Assembly (NCBI GenBank): GCA_028534125.1
Contig: CM052816.1
Coordinates: 45,758,001-45,822,000, forward strand
Direction of reading: 5' to 3'
Source: Lama glama
Lineage: Eukaryota
Length of the DNA: 64,000 nucleotides
The position numbers and the translations under genes are program-made. Positions 12,534 to 25,490 of this stretch are shown piece after piece. The first letter of the stretch is position 1; each line of letters opens with the position of its first letter. The notes beneath the pieces were generated by a model. It saw only the letters and a program-made list of their open reading frames with translations. It was not told where the DNA came from and ran no database searches.

Positions 12534-12859
12534 CCAAAAGACTTCTCAAGTCTGACACTCACACTCACTGGCTTAAGAGCATGGGAATGAACAACAGAGG
12601 ATGATTTCAGGGGAGAATTTTTGTCCTCATCTGAGCCTTCAGATTATCTTGTCTTTAATTAAACACCCAAACCTCAAGTTTCTAAAAGATTGACCCACTT
12701 ACTTTCTGATATGAAAAGATGACTTCTAAGTAGTGCTACATTTCATATCGAGGGAGAGGTAGTACCACATGAGGAGGGACATGAGGAACACCAGAAAGAT
12801 TCTTTGTCAGTGGTGAGTCATCAGAACCAGAAATTCCTTTGGAAAGAGCAGAGATTAGT

Positions 12860-12935
12860 AAAAAGTGCTTTGGAGACAGATAGCTCTGGACTTGAATTTC
12901 TGCTCTTCCACCTAATAGCTGATGGAAACGTGGGA
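12860..12935 (+). mobile_element. MIR fragment
   Basis: gctttggagacagatagctctggacttgaatttctgctcttccacctaatagctg. Confidence 0.6.
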
Positions 12936-13254
12936 AGGAGAAGGTTGGAGATAGCAGAGGTGAGGTGCTAAGGACTGGGCTAGTCAAGACAGCCTTTGGC
13001 AATTGTGTGTGTGTATTGGGAAAAGTTGGGGTAACAGGAGACTCTGGACCATAGAAAAGGTAAGGAAAAATAGCACCAAAAACTAATACTAAAAATTTTC
13101 ATAATGATAACAATAAAAAAGGAAGTTAGAATAAAGAATGTCTATCAATACACAAATGATTGGATTTACTCATTCTCTCTCTCTACATATGTATGCATGT
13201 ATAAATTTATGTATATGTATGTATGTGTTTACAATTTTTAATCTAATTTTATAT

Positions 13255-13360
13255 GTATGTTTTCCCTAAGAACCTCTGCATACTAGGTATTGTATTAGTC
13301 ATTGGGACTACAAAGACAAATAAGCCATGGTCTAAGTACCTTAAGATTGCACACTCCTTT
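13255..13360 (-). mobile_element. L2 3' fragment
   Basis: catactaggtattgtattagtcattgggactacaaagacaaataag...ccttaagattgcacactc. Confidence 0.55.
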
Positions 13361-15374
13361 GTATCTTTCAGGGTGTTTTTGCATAGATTCTCAACAAGTT
13401 CTGAAAGATACTCAGTCTTGGCAGAGTATTGCAGGATCATAGGAATCTGCAGGGGAAGGTTTTACAGAGTGATGTCCTCTATCTTGAGCTGGTATTTTTC
13501 CATGTGACTTTGGAAAAAGTGTAGAAATAAAAAGTCCAGAGAAATCATGACTACCACAAGTGAGGATTATTAGGTACCAGAAGGTATAAATGCATGTTGA
13601 AGGTGTTTCTATCTCTTCTAAACTGTCCAGTGCCTTGGGAAAGAAAAATTCTTGCTCCCTTGAGGAAGTGCCAGGATTTCTGTGAGCCCATTTGCAGAAT
13701 CACATTATCTGCATGTGTTAGTTGGGCACTGTACAGAGAACTCTTTTAAACAATTGTGAGGCCCACTCTCCTTCCAAGTGGTAAAGTCAGGAACCTTTCA
13801 AGCACTTCTGTGTGCTAATTATAATATAGATGTTACAGGGTTAATGAGCATTTACAATTCTTCAAACAAGCTATGTAGATAGACACTCAGGAAGGCGTTT
13901 TTCCAAATGAAGGGGAAATGGAGAAACAAATTTTGAAAAAAAAAAGTCATCAGAGATATTATCCATTATCATATTAAATATAGATACACAGTACGGAGTC
14001 CAATTAATGTTATTTTTGATTCCTGGCAGAGCTTAAGACGGTGGTTTGTCCGACTGCTGTAGGACATCAGTGAGTGGGACTGGGCCTCATTAGGAAGGAG
14101 AAAGGAAGAACAAAACTGCCAACACAACAAATAGAGCCCTTTGATGCAGACAGTTAATGTACTTTGTCATGTAACACTGGGAACTGTAGATCTCCGTGGT
14201 CCTGAAGAGGATACAGGGAAAACAGGGCTCCCAGATAGGATGTTTAAGGGCATAGTGGTTCTGAATTTTAAGAGAGTTCAGTATGGAGCAGTCTTTGAAA
14301 GACAGCATTGAAAACTGAGTTTTACTTTAGCATTAACAGGTTCAAACAAGAAAGGTTGGTGAAATCTTTATTTCAAATGCATTGAATAACTAGTGTGACA
14401 TATTTTAGGTATTTTGGGAAAAAATGACTCTGGTACAATTTCTTGCATAAGTATGTCTCTCTCCTTTGCACCCACATTGGTGTGAAGTACCCGAATTTTA
14501 AACAACAGCGAAAATAAAACCAAAGTCACTTTATTTTATACATTCTAAAATATAGAGTATATCCCATAAATTAAACCTGTCAATACTGGAACATAGAAAT
14601 CATGCTATGAATTTATTTTTATCCTTTGTGTATAAAAATATAATAAACTGAACATTCCATTATAAGCATTAAGTTATCATAATGTTTTTAAATTAATAAT
14701 GGGCTCTAGGAATTTTGAGATATGAAGGACATTTTTATTCCTTAACAATACTCATTTTTTCTGTTAATAACATTATTGTGTCTGCTCCTAATGGTTTTTC
14801 TGTCTTTACACGTGTGACTTCTTATTTTGAATATATTGCCAATATTGCCTGTAAAAGTTCCCCTTTTTACTTCATAATCACTATTTCTAGTCTCTGCTGA
14901 TTTTCAGAAACCAGGTAGCCAAGAATGTTACATTGTCATTAGAGTAAGAGTAAACTCTTGAGTAAAGCATGAGATTATTTTGTGCCTTAAGTATATAAAC
15001 TTTAAGACGTGGATTTTGACACTGACACTAATTTTGTTTCTCCAGACAACTTTTATTTACTTACTTTTTCTGGTAAAGCTGTATTCTGGACAGTTGAGCT
15101 TATTAGATAAGTTCTATACATAAGGTACACAACTGTATTTTAATTCTGTGGTTCTCTTTGCTTGGTTTTTGTTCCTAGTAATGTTAGCTCTAATATTTTT
15201 ATTCATAGCTTGTGTGAATTATCCCAAATGATATCTGAAAAAAATGGTACATGAAACCAGGAATATACTTTCCTTAATAGTCCTCCAAAACTAAGCAAAT
15301 CATCTTTGCTTTGAATCTCTTTTATTTTTATTTTTTTGGATGCATGAATAAAAGTAAAAATAATAAGGAACCAA

Positions 15375-15463
15375 TCTCAGAACTTCAACAATGTAACACT
15401 TAACACTATTGAACTATACACTTAAAAATTTATTTTATCACAATTAAAATTTGTTTTAAAAAA
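15375..15463 (+). mobile_element. Old L1M 3'-terminal fragment
   Basis: aatgtaacacttaacactattgaactatacacttaaaaat...ttttatcacaattaaaa then an A-tract. Confidence 0.6.
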
Positions 15464-16169
15464 GAATAAAGTAAAATAAAGGCAGATAAACAGAAAGAAA
15501 ATTACTTGAAATGTTCAATGATCCCACTCTAGGAAACACTCAAAAAAAAAAAAAAATCCCAACACGTTGCAGAGGTAATATAGCAGCATTGCCTCAGGAA
15601 AAAAGATAAAGAAAAATAGAACTAATAATAAAAGCATGTAAGCAAGACAACTCTATTTAATTACAGAATTTAGAATAATGCTTTAGGTACATTATTCTGA
15701 GTAGCCATCATGACAGTAGCAATTATTTAACCACTGTGCCCAGAATCACTTTATTACAGTATTTCAATGATGCTGGAAGATTTTAAGATGCTGTATAATA
15801 CATATATTGTTAGAAAAATAAATAAGAACATCTTTCCAAACATCTTTTCCGTACAGGTTTTGATAGGAGAATAACACAATTCAGAGTTTAAATGGAGAGA
15901 AAGAAATTATTGGAAAAAGAAAGAGTGAGATTTTATTGCAGAACAGTTAACTCTTAATTCTTGCTACTAATAGGGGCATTAAAATTATAAGAAAAGTCTT
16001 TAAAACATATAAAATGACAGTTAACTCTAAAGTTAGGAATGACTTTTGGACGAGAGTATGAGTGACATCACAATAAAGGTACCCTGTCCTACATGAAATG
16101 CTAAAAAAAAAACTTTTAATTTTTCAAGTATTTCTAGACTTTAAAAACTCTGGCAAAAATGGCATAAAA

Positions 16170-17020
16170 ATTTCCTTCACTCATTTTCACCATATTAACA
16201 TCTTACGTAACCATAGCACAGTGATCAAAGTGTGGGAATTAATGTTTATGTATTACTACTAATCAATCTATAAACCTCATTCATATTTTTCCAATTTTCC
16301 TACAATTTTCTTTTCTTTTCTTTTTCTTTTTTTTGGCAGGTGGAGGTAATAAGGTTTATTTTTAGAGGAGGTACTGGGGATTGAACCCAGGACCTCATGC
16401 ATGCTGTGTGCCACTCTACTGCTTGAGCTATACCCTCCTCCCTCCTACAATGTTCTTTATCTGATCTAAGATCTAATCCTGAGTCCCCAAATTGTATTTG
16501 TTTTTATAACTCTTTATTCTCTTCTAATCGGGCATTTCCCCAGTCTTAAAAAGAATACTAACCAGTATTTTGTAGAATAAATCTTAGTTTGAGTTTGTCT
16601 CACATTGCTTCATGTTCAATTTTATATTACACATTTTTGCCAAAAACAGTAGAGAACTGATTTTTGTGTCCTTCTCAGTGCATCATATCAGAAGATACTC
16701 TTTAACTGCTGACACTGTAAAATGTTCCAGACTTATATTGTGTTTTCCCTAGCCCAGTCCTGGTTACTTTTCTTGGAGAATGGCATTTAGAAACCAAAAT
16801 CTGAGTGTTAGGCACGTTCATTATTACTACTTGGTAGTATCAGCAGCGACAGCAGACTTTGTACTGATACATCCAATCCTAATCCTAACCTCAAAGGTCT
16901 GTTCTGACCTTCTCTCTTAACTTGTTTTTATGTCCTTCCTATGACAAATGAGGTAGTTGTCTCTCCTACCCACAATATATTTAATTATTTGCTAAATCCT
17001 AGATTACACGTAACATATTT
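16170..17020 (-). mobile_element. Old L1 (L1MB/L1MC-type) 3' UTR region, interrupted by a SINE
   Basis: taacatcttacgtaaccatagcacagtgatcaaag; ccagtattttgtagaat; gtccttctcagtgcatcatatcagaag; ggagaatggcatttagaaaccaaaatctg. Confidence 0.7.
16314..16442 (-). mobile_element. tRNA-derived SINE, Vic-1-type
   Basis: ggaggtactggggattgaacccaggacctcatgcatgct...tgagctataccctcc with a T-rich tail; 16-bp TSD tcctacaat(t/g)ttcttt at 16298-16313 and 16443-16458. Confidence 0.9.
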
Positions 17021-17534
17021 TCACAATTTTTAATCTATATTCATGTGAAAAACAAATTTATTAGGATACAATATTTCTGTCTTTTCTCTAACAGTATTTA
17101 ATGAAAAACACTGTTTTCCACAGATACTTAGGTTATTTATCCTAACCCCAGTACGTTTATTTAATATTAAATAGAAAAATTGCATTTTCAGAAAGAAAAA
17201 CACAGTGTGACTGAGGATCATTTATATCTAAAAACAGAGTGACTGCATCTAAGTGGTTGGGGCTGTAGCAATACCCAATATTACTTCTTTAATACTGTTT
17301 TTGGTTTTTACTTTTTTTTCCCAGCTACTGTATTGTCTGTATTAGATAATTTTTTTTTAAGCAAAAGCCCTGTAGTACTCAATGTAAACTCTAATGACCA
17401 AAAGCATATTTTCTTATTTTTTATTTTGAATAAATTATAATGAATATAATTTACAGAAGAAATTTTAATGATTAATTTGGAGAATTGGAAGCAAGAATAC
17501 AATTTATGTATTTATTTTGAATATATATATTTTT

Positions 17535-17788
17535 TTCTGACTGTGAAAGTAATAAATGTTCATTGTATAAGCACTGATTGATAAAGAAAAACATTATAGA
17601 AGCTAGTAAAAATCATTTATTATCTTGTTACCTAGTGATAACCACTGTTAAAATCCTAATACATGTCCTCCACTTTTATATATGGTTGTATGGATATCTA
17701 TATGTGTAGTTTTAAATTATACTCTTAACTTTTTATTACATTATAAGTATTTTCCTTGTCACTAAATATTCTTCAAAAATGTGATTTT
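17535..17788 (-). mobile_element. Ancient L1ME-type 3' end
   Basis: tgaaagtaataaatgttcattgta...gataaccactgttaaaatc...tcactaaatattcttcaaaaatgtgattt. Confidence 0.55.
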
Positions 17789-18516
17789 CTTTTTTTTAAA
17801 CTTTTTTATTGAGTAATACTCATTTTACAATGTTGTGTCAAATTCTAGTGTAGAGCACAATTTTTCAGTTATATATGAACATATATATATTCATTGTCAC
17901 ATTTGTTTTCACTATGAGCTACCACAAGATCTTGTTTATATTTCCCTGTGCTATACAGTATAATCATGTTTATCTGTTCTGCATTTTAAAATCCCAGTCT
18001 GTCCCTTCCCACCCCCCGCCCCCTTGGCAACCACAAGTTTGTATTCTATGTCTAGGAGTTTGTTTCTGTTTTGTATTTATTTATTTATTTATTTTTTAAG
18101 ATTCCACGTATGAGTAATCTTATATGGTATTTTTCTTTCTCTTCCCGGCTTACTTCACTTAGAATGACATTCTCCAGGAGCATCCATGTTGCTGCAAATG
18201 GCATTATGTTGTCAGTTTTCTTGGCTGAATAGTATTCCATCATATAAATATACCACATCTTCTTCATCCAGTCATCTGTTGATGGACATTTAAGCTGTTT
18301 CCATGTCTTGGCTACTGTAAATAGTGCTGCTATGAACATTGGGATGCAGGTGTCATTTTGAAGTAGGGTTCCTTCTGGATTTATGCCCAGGAGTGGGATT
18401 CCTGGGTCATATGGTAAGTCTATTCCTAGTCTTTTGAGGAATCTCCATACTGTTTTCCACAATAGCTTTCCTTGCTTCCCTCTCCGACTCTTAATGATTT
18501 AGATGTCTTCTTTTAC
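17789..18516 (-). mobile_element. Young LINE-1: poly-A, 3' UTR and ORF2 C-terminus, joined to a non-contiguous segment at ~18462
   Basis: ORF 18085-18462(-) [26 protein letters not shown]...FAATWMLLENVILSEVS is the L1 ORF2 C-terminus; T-tract with ttttatt (AATAAA antisense) at the left end. Confidence 0.95.
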
Positions 18517-19016
18517 NNNNNNNNNNNNNNNNNNNNNNNNNNNNNNNNNNNNNNNNNNNNNNNNNNNNNNNNNNNNNNNNNNNNNNNNNNNNNNNNNNNN
18601 NNNNNNNNNNNNNNNNNNNNNNNNNNNNNNNNNNNNNNNNNNNNNNNNNNNNNNNNNNNNNNNNNNNNNNNNNNNNNNNNNNNNNNNNNNNNNNNNNNNN
18701 NNNNNNNNNNNNNNNNNNNNNNNNNNNNNNNNNNNNNNNNNNNNNNNNNNNNNNNNNNNNNNNNNNNNNNNNNNNNNNNNNNNNNNNNNNNNNNNNNNNN
18801 NNNNNNNNNNNNNNNNNNNNNNNNNNNNNNNNNNNNNNNNNNNNNNNNNNNNNNNNNNNNNNNNNNNNNNNNNNNNNNNNNNNNNNNNNNNNNNNNNNNN
18901 NNNNNNNNNNNNNNNNNNNNNNNNNNNNNNNNNNNNNNNNNNNNNNNNNNNNNNNNNNNNNNNNNNNNNNNNNNNNNNNNNNNNNNNNNNNNNNNNNNNN
19001 NNNNNNNNNNNNNNNN
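18517..19016. other. Assembly gap (500 N)
   Basis: Run of exactly 500 n, probably a placeholder size. Confidence 0.99.
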
Positions 19017-20622
19017 TCTCTTTCTGGCTTACTTCACTTAGAATGACATTCTCCAGGAGCATCCATGTTGCTGCAAATGGCATTGTCAGTTTTTATGGCT
19101 TAATAGTATTCCATTGTATAAATATACCACCTCTTCTTTATCCAGTCATCCATTGATGGACATTTAGGCTGTCTCCATGTCTTGGCTATTGTAAATAGTG
19201 CTACTATGAACATGAAGTAGGGTTCCTTCTGGATATATGCCCAGGAGTGGGATTCCTGGGTCATACGGTAAGTCTATTCCTAGTCTTTGAGGAATCTCCA
19301 TACTGTTTTCCGCAGCGGCTGCACCAAAGTGCATTCCCACCAGCAGTGTAGGAGGGTTCCCCTTTCTCCACAGCCTCTCCAGCATTTGTCATTTGTGGAT
19401 TTTTGAATGACGGCCATTCTGACTGGTGTGAAGTGATACCTCATTATAGTTTTGATTTGCATTTCTCTGATAATTAGTGATATTGAGTATTTTTTCATGT
19501 GCCTATTGATCATTTGTGTGTCTTCCTTGGAGAACTGCTTGTTTAGCTCTTTTGCCCATTTTTGGATTGGGTTGTTTGGTTGTTTCTTATTAAGTCATGT
19601 GAGCTGCTTATATATTCTGGAGATCAAGCCTTTGTCGGTTTCATTGGCAAAAATTTTCTCCCATTCTGTAGGTTGTCATTTTGTTTTACTTATGGTTTCC
19701 TTTGCTGTGCAGAAGCTTATAAATTTAATTAGGTCCCATTTGTTTATTCTTGCTTTTATTTCTGTTGCTTGAGTAGACTGTTATAGGAGAACATTTTTGA
19801 GATGTATGTCAGATAATGTTATATTTTCTTCTAGGAAGTTTATTGTATCTTGTCTTATGTTTAAGTCTTTGATACACTTTGAGTTGATTTTTGTGTATGG
19901 TGTAAGGGAGTGTTCTAGCTTCATTGCTTTACATGCTGCTGTCCAGTTTTCCCAACACCATTTGCTGAAGAGACTGTCTTTATTCCATTGTATATTCTTG
20001 CCTCCTTTGTTGAAGATGAGTTGACCGAAAGTTTGTGGGTTTTTTTCTGGGCTCTCTATTCTGTCCCATTGGTCTATATGTCTGTTTTTGTACTGATACC
20101 ATGCTGTCTTGATGACTGTAGCTCTATAGTATTGTCTGACGTCTGGGAGAGTTATTCCTCCAGCCTCTTTCTTTCTCTTCAGTAATGCTTTGGCAATTCT
20201 AGGTCTTTGATGGTTCCATATAAATTTTATTATGATTTGTTCTAGTTCTGTGAAATATGTCCTGGGTAATTTGATAGTTATTGCATTAAATCTGTAGATT
20301 GCCTTGGGCAGTGTGACCATTTTATCAATATTGATTCTTCCAATCCAAGAGCATGGGATATCTTTCCACTTTTTAAAGTCTTCTTTAATTTCCTTCCTCA
20401 GTGGTTTATAGTTTGCTGTGTATAATTCTTTCACCTCCTTGGTTAGATTTATTCCTAGGTATTTTATTACTTTGGGTGTTATTTTAAAGGGAATTGTTTC
20501 TTTACTTTTGTTTTCTGTTGATTCATTGTTAGTATAAAGAAATGCAACTGATTTTTGAATGTTAATCTTGTAACCTGCTACCTTGCTAAATTCTTCGATC
20601 AGCTCTAGTAGTTTTTGTGTGG
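19017..20622 (-). mobile_element. Young 5'-truncated LINE-1, ORF2 C-terminal third with frameshifts
   Basis: ORFs 19781-20434(-) [15 protein letters not shown]...[10 protein letters not shown] and 19280-19513(-) [18 protein letters not shown]...[18 protein letters not shown] (cysteine-rich motif). Confidence 0.95.
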
Positions 20623-20725
20623 ATGGATTGTCTATCTTTTAAAATTTATTTGTATTTACATATTCTGGATCAAGTCCCTCATCAGATACATGTATTAACA
20701 ATATACTTTCTCACCCTGTGACTTT
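20623..20725 (-). mobile_element. Old L1M fragment
   Basis: tacatattctggatcaagtccctcatcagatacatgtattaacaatatactttctcaccctgtg. Confidence 0.6.
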
Positions 20726-20744
20726 TTAAAAAAAATTATCAGAC

Positions 20745-21010
20745 CTGAAAGAGTATACATTGTATGATTTTGTTTTATAAAGTTCAAAAAAGCAGACAAA
20801 ACTTACCTATTGTAATAGAAATCAGATTAATACTTACCTTTGGTGGATGAGGAAGTGAGAATGACTGAGAAAGTGCAAGAGGAAGTTTCTGTGGTGTTAG
20901 TAATATTCCACATTTCAATCTGGATGGAGGTTCCATTTGCACATGCTTTTCAAAAATTATGCAGTATGTTTAATATTTGTGTATTTTATGTTGTATCTCA
21001 GTAAAAAGTA
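20745..21010 (+). mobile_element. Old L1ME/MC 3' end
   Basis: aaagagtatacattgtatgatt...tataaagttcaaaa...acaaaact...tagaaatcaga...gtaatattccacatttcaatctggatggaggtt. Confidence 0.7.
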
Positions 21011-23202
21011 AAAGTCAAAAAAGAAATCAAGTGCATGAAATAGCCTTTCAAACAGACATGTTTTCAGTCACTGTCAAAGGAAGGAAGCTAAATCATTTAA
21101 ATGAGGGAAAAACAGACTTGGATGTTTTATGAGTGCTCTCTCTCTAGTAGGAAATAAGTGTGGCCCTGAACTAAGCAGCTATTTTGGATAATTTAGATTT
21201 ACTAACCATCATCATCTGTTAACCATTCAAATTTACCACATAGGGGTATCTAAATAGTCTGTTGAGGGGATCACATCAGCCAAAAGGACTGTGCTTGTTG
21301 CATTCTGGTTAATCTGGCTTCTTGAGGCATATCATAAATCATGAGGTGTAAGCAAATTTTCAGTCGTTAAACTACTTCCAGTTAGCACTCTGCAGGGAAC
21401 TCTTTTTTCTTTTTTTCCCTCTTACTTAAAATTGGGTTTAAAACTCTTCAGTATTTATTACATCCAACTTGTGATCCCAAATGGAAATGTTCTTTAGCCT
21501 TGACTACAATAATCTGTAGAACTCTTTGCCTAAATGGAGAGTCTGGTTAGATTTCTTTTCTTGGTGACTGCTCTTCTATTTATTTAAAGGGAGGAAGATT
21601 CATAAAGTTTTACAGTGATCAACATCTTTTTCTTGTGTGGTCCCTGTGTATATATCATCACACAATATTTAACTACTTTCTAAAATTTTTCATTCTAATT
21701 TTAAAGAGTTGTAAAGGATATAATTCCCAGTTTATTGTAAGTATTAACATTGTAAACCAAAATTATAGCATCACTCTTTTAAAAGTATCCAGTAGAATGT
21801 AACTACAATGATATCCAAAAACATCATCCATTTAAAAAAAAGAACAGTGTCTTAATAGTTGGAGATTTTTTTCCTTGAACTCATACTGCCTTCCCATTTT
21901 CCCCAAAGGATTTAACCTAATATAATACACTTTTATGCTTGAAAATGTTTTATTGTATAATTATCTTAATTTTTAGCAACATAAATATTTATATTAACTG
22001 AGATTAAAATCTCTATTTCCTGTGACCATGAAGTGTAAATGTTGAACTTTTTTAGGACTGAATTATCATTACAACTATTATTGCTGCATAATTAATCAAA
22101 TCAGTATGCAAATTTATAAATCTTGAAAAAAGTAATTATTAAAATTTAAAGGTTTTTTCTGGGGGGTTAAAGGCATTATGTATTCATAGATGTATCTTAT
22201 TTATTAATAGAATGAGACAAGTTTTACATCCATTCTACTTGTATTTTTTTGTGGTTAAAAACACTGATAAATATTTTCACATAAATAAGTAGACAGAAAT
22301 AACATTTATTTTTTAATAGGAATGTCACTATTTTTAATTCATTAGTCAAATGTCAAAAATTATATAGTGATGTATCATTTAAATTATATTTCAATCGTCA
22401 GCTTGATCTGGACTTCCTTCACTTTCACTGTAAGCAGAGTGTTAGAAGTCATCTGATTTACAAAAGGACTATCTCAGAACTATAAAGGCTTTTCAAGTGA
22501 CATCTATTACTGTTACTTTTTGACGTAAAGGCACCTTGTTTAACTCGATGTACTCAGAAAGTGTTGGTGAAATAAAAATATCATTTACTGTAACATATCC
22601 ATGCAAGTTTTTTGATAAAGGCCTTCTTTCTTATAAAGTATTTTAAATATAGTTCTATCAAACTTTTAACTGTGGGCTTAACTCTTTCTGTTCATGGAAA
22701 ATGTTCACCTATAACCTAATTGGAAATATAAATTTCCATTGCCAAATAAATCAGCCAAGGCAGACTTACTTCCTGTCACAAAATGTCTGCCTTTGTTTTT
22801 CAGTTTTAAAAACATTGGTGTGTTCTTACAATAACCACATCACTTCTGATTTCCAGAGTGATTCTGATGAATAAATAAGAGATTATTTTAACATGACTTT
22901 GTTACTTGGATTCAGTAAGGTGGTTGTACATTTAATATCTTGTGCCTGAGCTCTCACAAGACTTCTCCCTCAGGAGTGTTGTCAGTATGCAGGGGAGGGT
23001 CGGGTTAAAAATTGTCTTCACTCCTGCTGCCCTACTCACAGTATATCTCAATTTAGGTAATTTTAATGTGGGCCATATTATCCTGTCTTTAATTTTACTC
23101 TTAGTCATTTATGGAGATAGGTATAATAAAAATAAGGACAGACAGAAAGCCGTATCATGTGTTTATTGTGCCTTGATTTAAGAAGTCTTTACAGATTTCT
23201 TA

Positions 23203-23366
23203 TTTATTTATTTATTCATTATTTTTATTTTTATTTTTCATTTTTCATTTTTTGGGGGGGAGAGGTCATTAGATTTGTTTGTTTATTTATTGGAGGTACT
23301 GGGGATTGAACCCAGGACTTTGTGCATGCGAGGCACCTACTTTACCACTGAGCTATACCCTCCCCC
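23203..23366 (-). mobile_element. tRNA-derived SINE, Vic-1-type
   Basis: ggaggtactggggattgaacccaggac...accactgagctataccctccccc with a (TTTA)-rich tail; perfect 12-bp TSD acagatttctta at 23191-23202 and 23367-23378. Confidence 0.92.
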
Positions 23367-23789
23367 ACAGATTTCTTAATATCAGTATTTCAGGTTGTTC
23401 CTTTGTGCACCAGGGAAGTTTATACTTCAAGGCAGTGCACTGTGGTGAGATTCAGGATGAAAAGAGACAAGTATGCCTTTCCTTTTCAAAGTAGGAGAAG
23501 AGTGATTATCAGAGGGAAAGTGGGGGAGGAGACTATGTTAAATTCCCAGAATGATTTCTCTGATAAGACTATGTTCATTTCCTGTTTGAAAATAATACAT
23601 GTATATGCACAAATATGCATATGAATTACATGTATGAAAACAAATTAGCTAAAATAATTTTGAATGTCAGCCTTTTTAGTATTTAAATTTGGCAGATGAA
23701 AGACAAAACTTTGTTATTTTATTATTCTTTTAAATTGACAGGGAGGTGTGAATATATTTACATTTCCTTTTTTTCTTTTACCCCTTCAA

Positions 23790-24115
23790 TTTTTTAAAAT
23801 ACTTTATTTTTTAGATCAGTTTTAGGTTCACATCAAAATTAAGAGGAAGTTACAGAGACTTCCCTTATACTCCCTATATTCATTACAACTGATGAACCTG
23901 CACATTTTATCACTTAAAAGTCTACAGTTTACATAATGGTTCATTCAGTATTGCACATTTTATGCATTCAGTCAAATGTATAATGACATGTATCTATCAT
24001 TATAATATCATACAAAGTATTTTCACTGCCCTAAAAATCCTCTGAGCTTTGTCTGTTCCCTTCTACCTCCCATCCCCTGCAACTACTGATCTTTTTACTG
24101 TCTCCATAGTTTTAC
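23790..24115 (-). mobile_element. Old L1MC/MB 3' end
   Basis: actttattttttagatcagttttaggttcacatcaaaatt...acaactgatgaacct...tttcactgccctaaaaatcctctg...actgatctttttactgtctccatagtttt. Confidence 0.8.
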
Positions 24116-24559
24116 CCCTCCTCCCAATTTTGTATATGCCAGAAAATCATAGGATGCTATAATATTTCAACAGATCTGAAAGTTAGGAGAATGACTTACA
24201 GAGTTAAAACTAAAAGTCCTGTCTTTTCTGAATAGGTTACCTACTGTCTAGCTAGAGAGTAAGGTAGGAGAATTCATGGGAAATAGAATCTGTTTGAAAC
24301 TTAAATAAGGACATCCAAAATAGCATTGGATTTAGTACTTTGAAGAATTTAGGTTATGAATAAAAAAGAAAGGAATGTAGATGCAACTTTTGCCTCTTTT
24401 TATTTAAAATTTTTGATATATAAATCAAAGTCTTAACTCCAGTGGTTACTGCATACTTGATTGGAGATAGAGGAGAAAGTATCAGAAATAAATAAGAAAA
24501 TATTTGCCTTTAAAATATGGCTTATTAACTTGAATTCATGGTACTATTTTTTTTAAAGT

Positions 24560-25180
24560 GTGCTAGTTTAAAAATAAAAGCTATAGAAGTCCACTTAAAA
24601 ATTAGGAAAAGAGCAGAAAGAAGAATTAGATATTACTCATAACTACAACACTTAGAAATAGTCACATAATACTTTTTTCCAGTTACTTGTCCATGCATGT
24701 ATATTTTCATTTAGTTGAAACCATTTTCCATATACAATAAGTCTTGTAACACCTTTCATTTATCATCATATTTTGTCATATAGCTAAAAATTTTGAAAAC
24801 ATAGTTTTGTTAACTATATAGTATGCCATCACACAGATGCATCAAAATTTAGGTCATTTTAAATTTTTGCTCTTGATAACATCTGCTGTGATGAATATCC
24901 TTTTCTATATATCTTTTCTAGGCTTCTGTTTTTTTCTTAGGATAGAATTTTAGAAATGGGATTTTTAGAGTAAAACAGGAGACTTTAAAAGCTTACGCTG
25001 TTGATTTGTTTTACAGAAAGGATGCTCAAATTGACTGGTCACCACCAGTTTGAGAGAACAATCATTTCTCTGTGTCCTCTCAAGCACTGAGTATTAGCTT
25101 TAAAAAGTCTCTGCTATGTAGGTGAAAAAGGGCACCTCATATTGAAATGCATATTATTTCTAACTCATTTGCTAATTCTT
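24560..25180 (-). mobile_element. Ancient L1ME-type fragment
   Basis: ctgctgtgatgaatatcctt...ttcttaggatagaattttagaaatgggattttt...caccaccagtttgagagaac...cctctcaagcactgagtatta. Confidence 0.6.
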
Positions 25181-25490
25181 CTCTCACTCTCTTAATTGGT
25201 TAGGTTTTATAAATATTGATAGATATTACCTGCAAAAGTGTGGAGATTGTATAAACAAAACAGTATACCTAAAACTCCCCAGAATTTTGGTACAGTTATA
25301 ATGTAGATCTAATAATTTTGAAATATGATTTTCTTTTTAAGTATTGTTAATTTCAGTAAAGTTTAATGTTGACATTTCTTGTCTCTTTCTTTTTAATGGT
25401 AATTTTTTCCTTCATACATGCCAAGTTTCTCTAAATGTCTTTTTAATTTAATCTTACATGTTAATACAATTAATAATACTTGTATTACAA

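Noticed and set aside
18472..19156. Three long ORFs of 189-217 aa
   Set aside because: Artefacts of translating through the 500-N gap
19164..20434. L1 ORF2 as an active reverse transcriptase gene
   Set aside because: 5'-truncated and frameshifted, lacking the endonuclease and most or all of the RT domain; a dead TE copy
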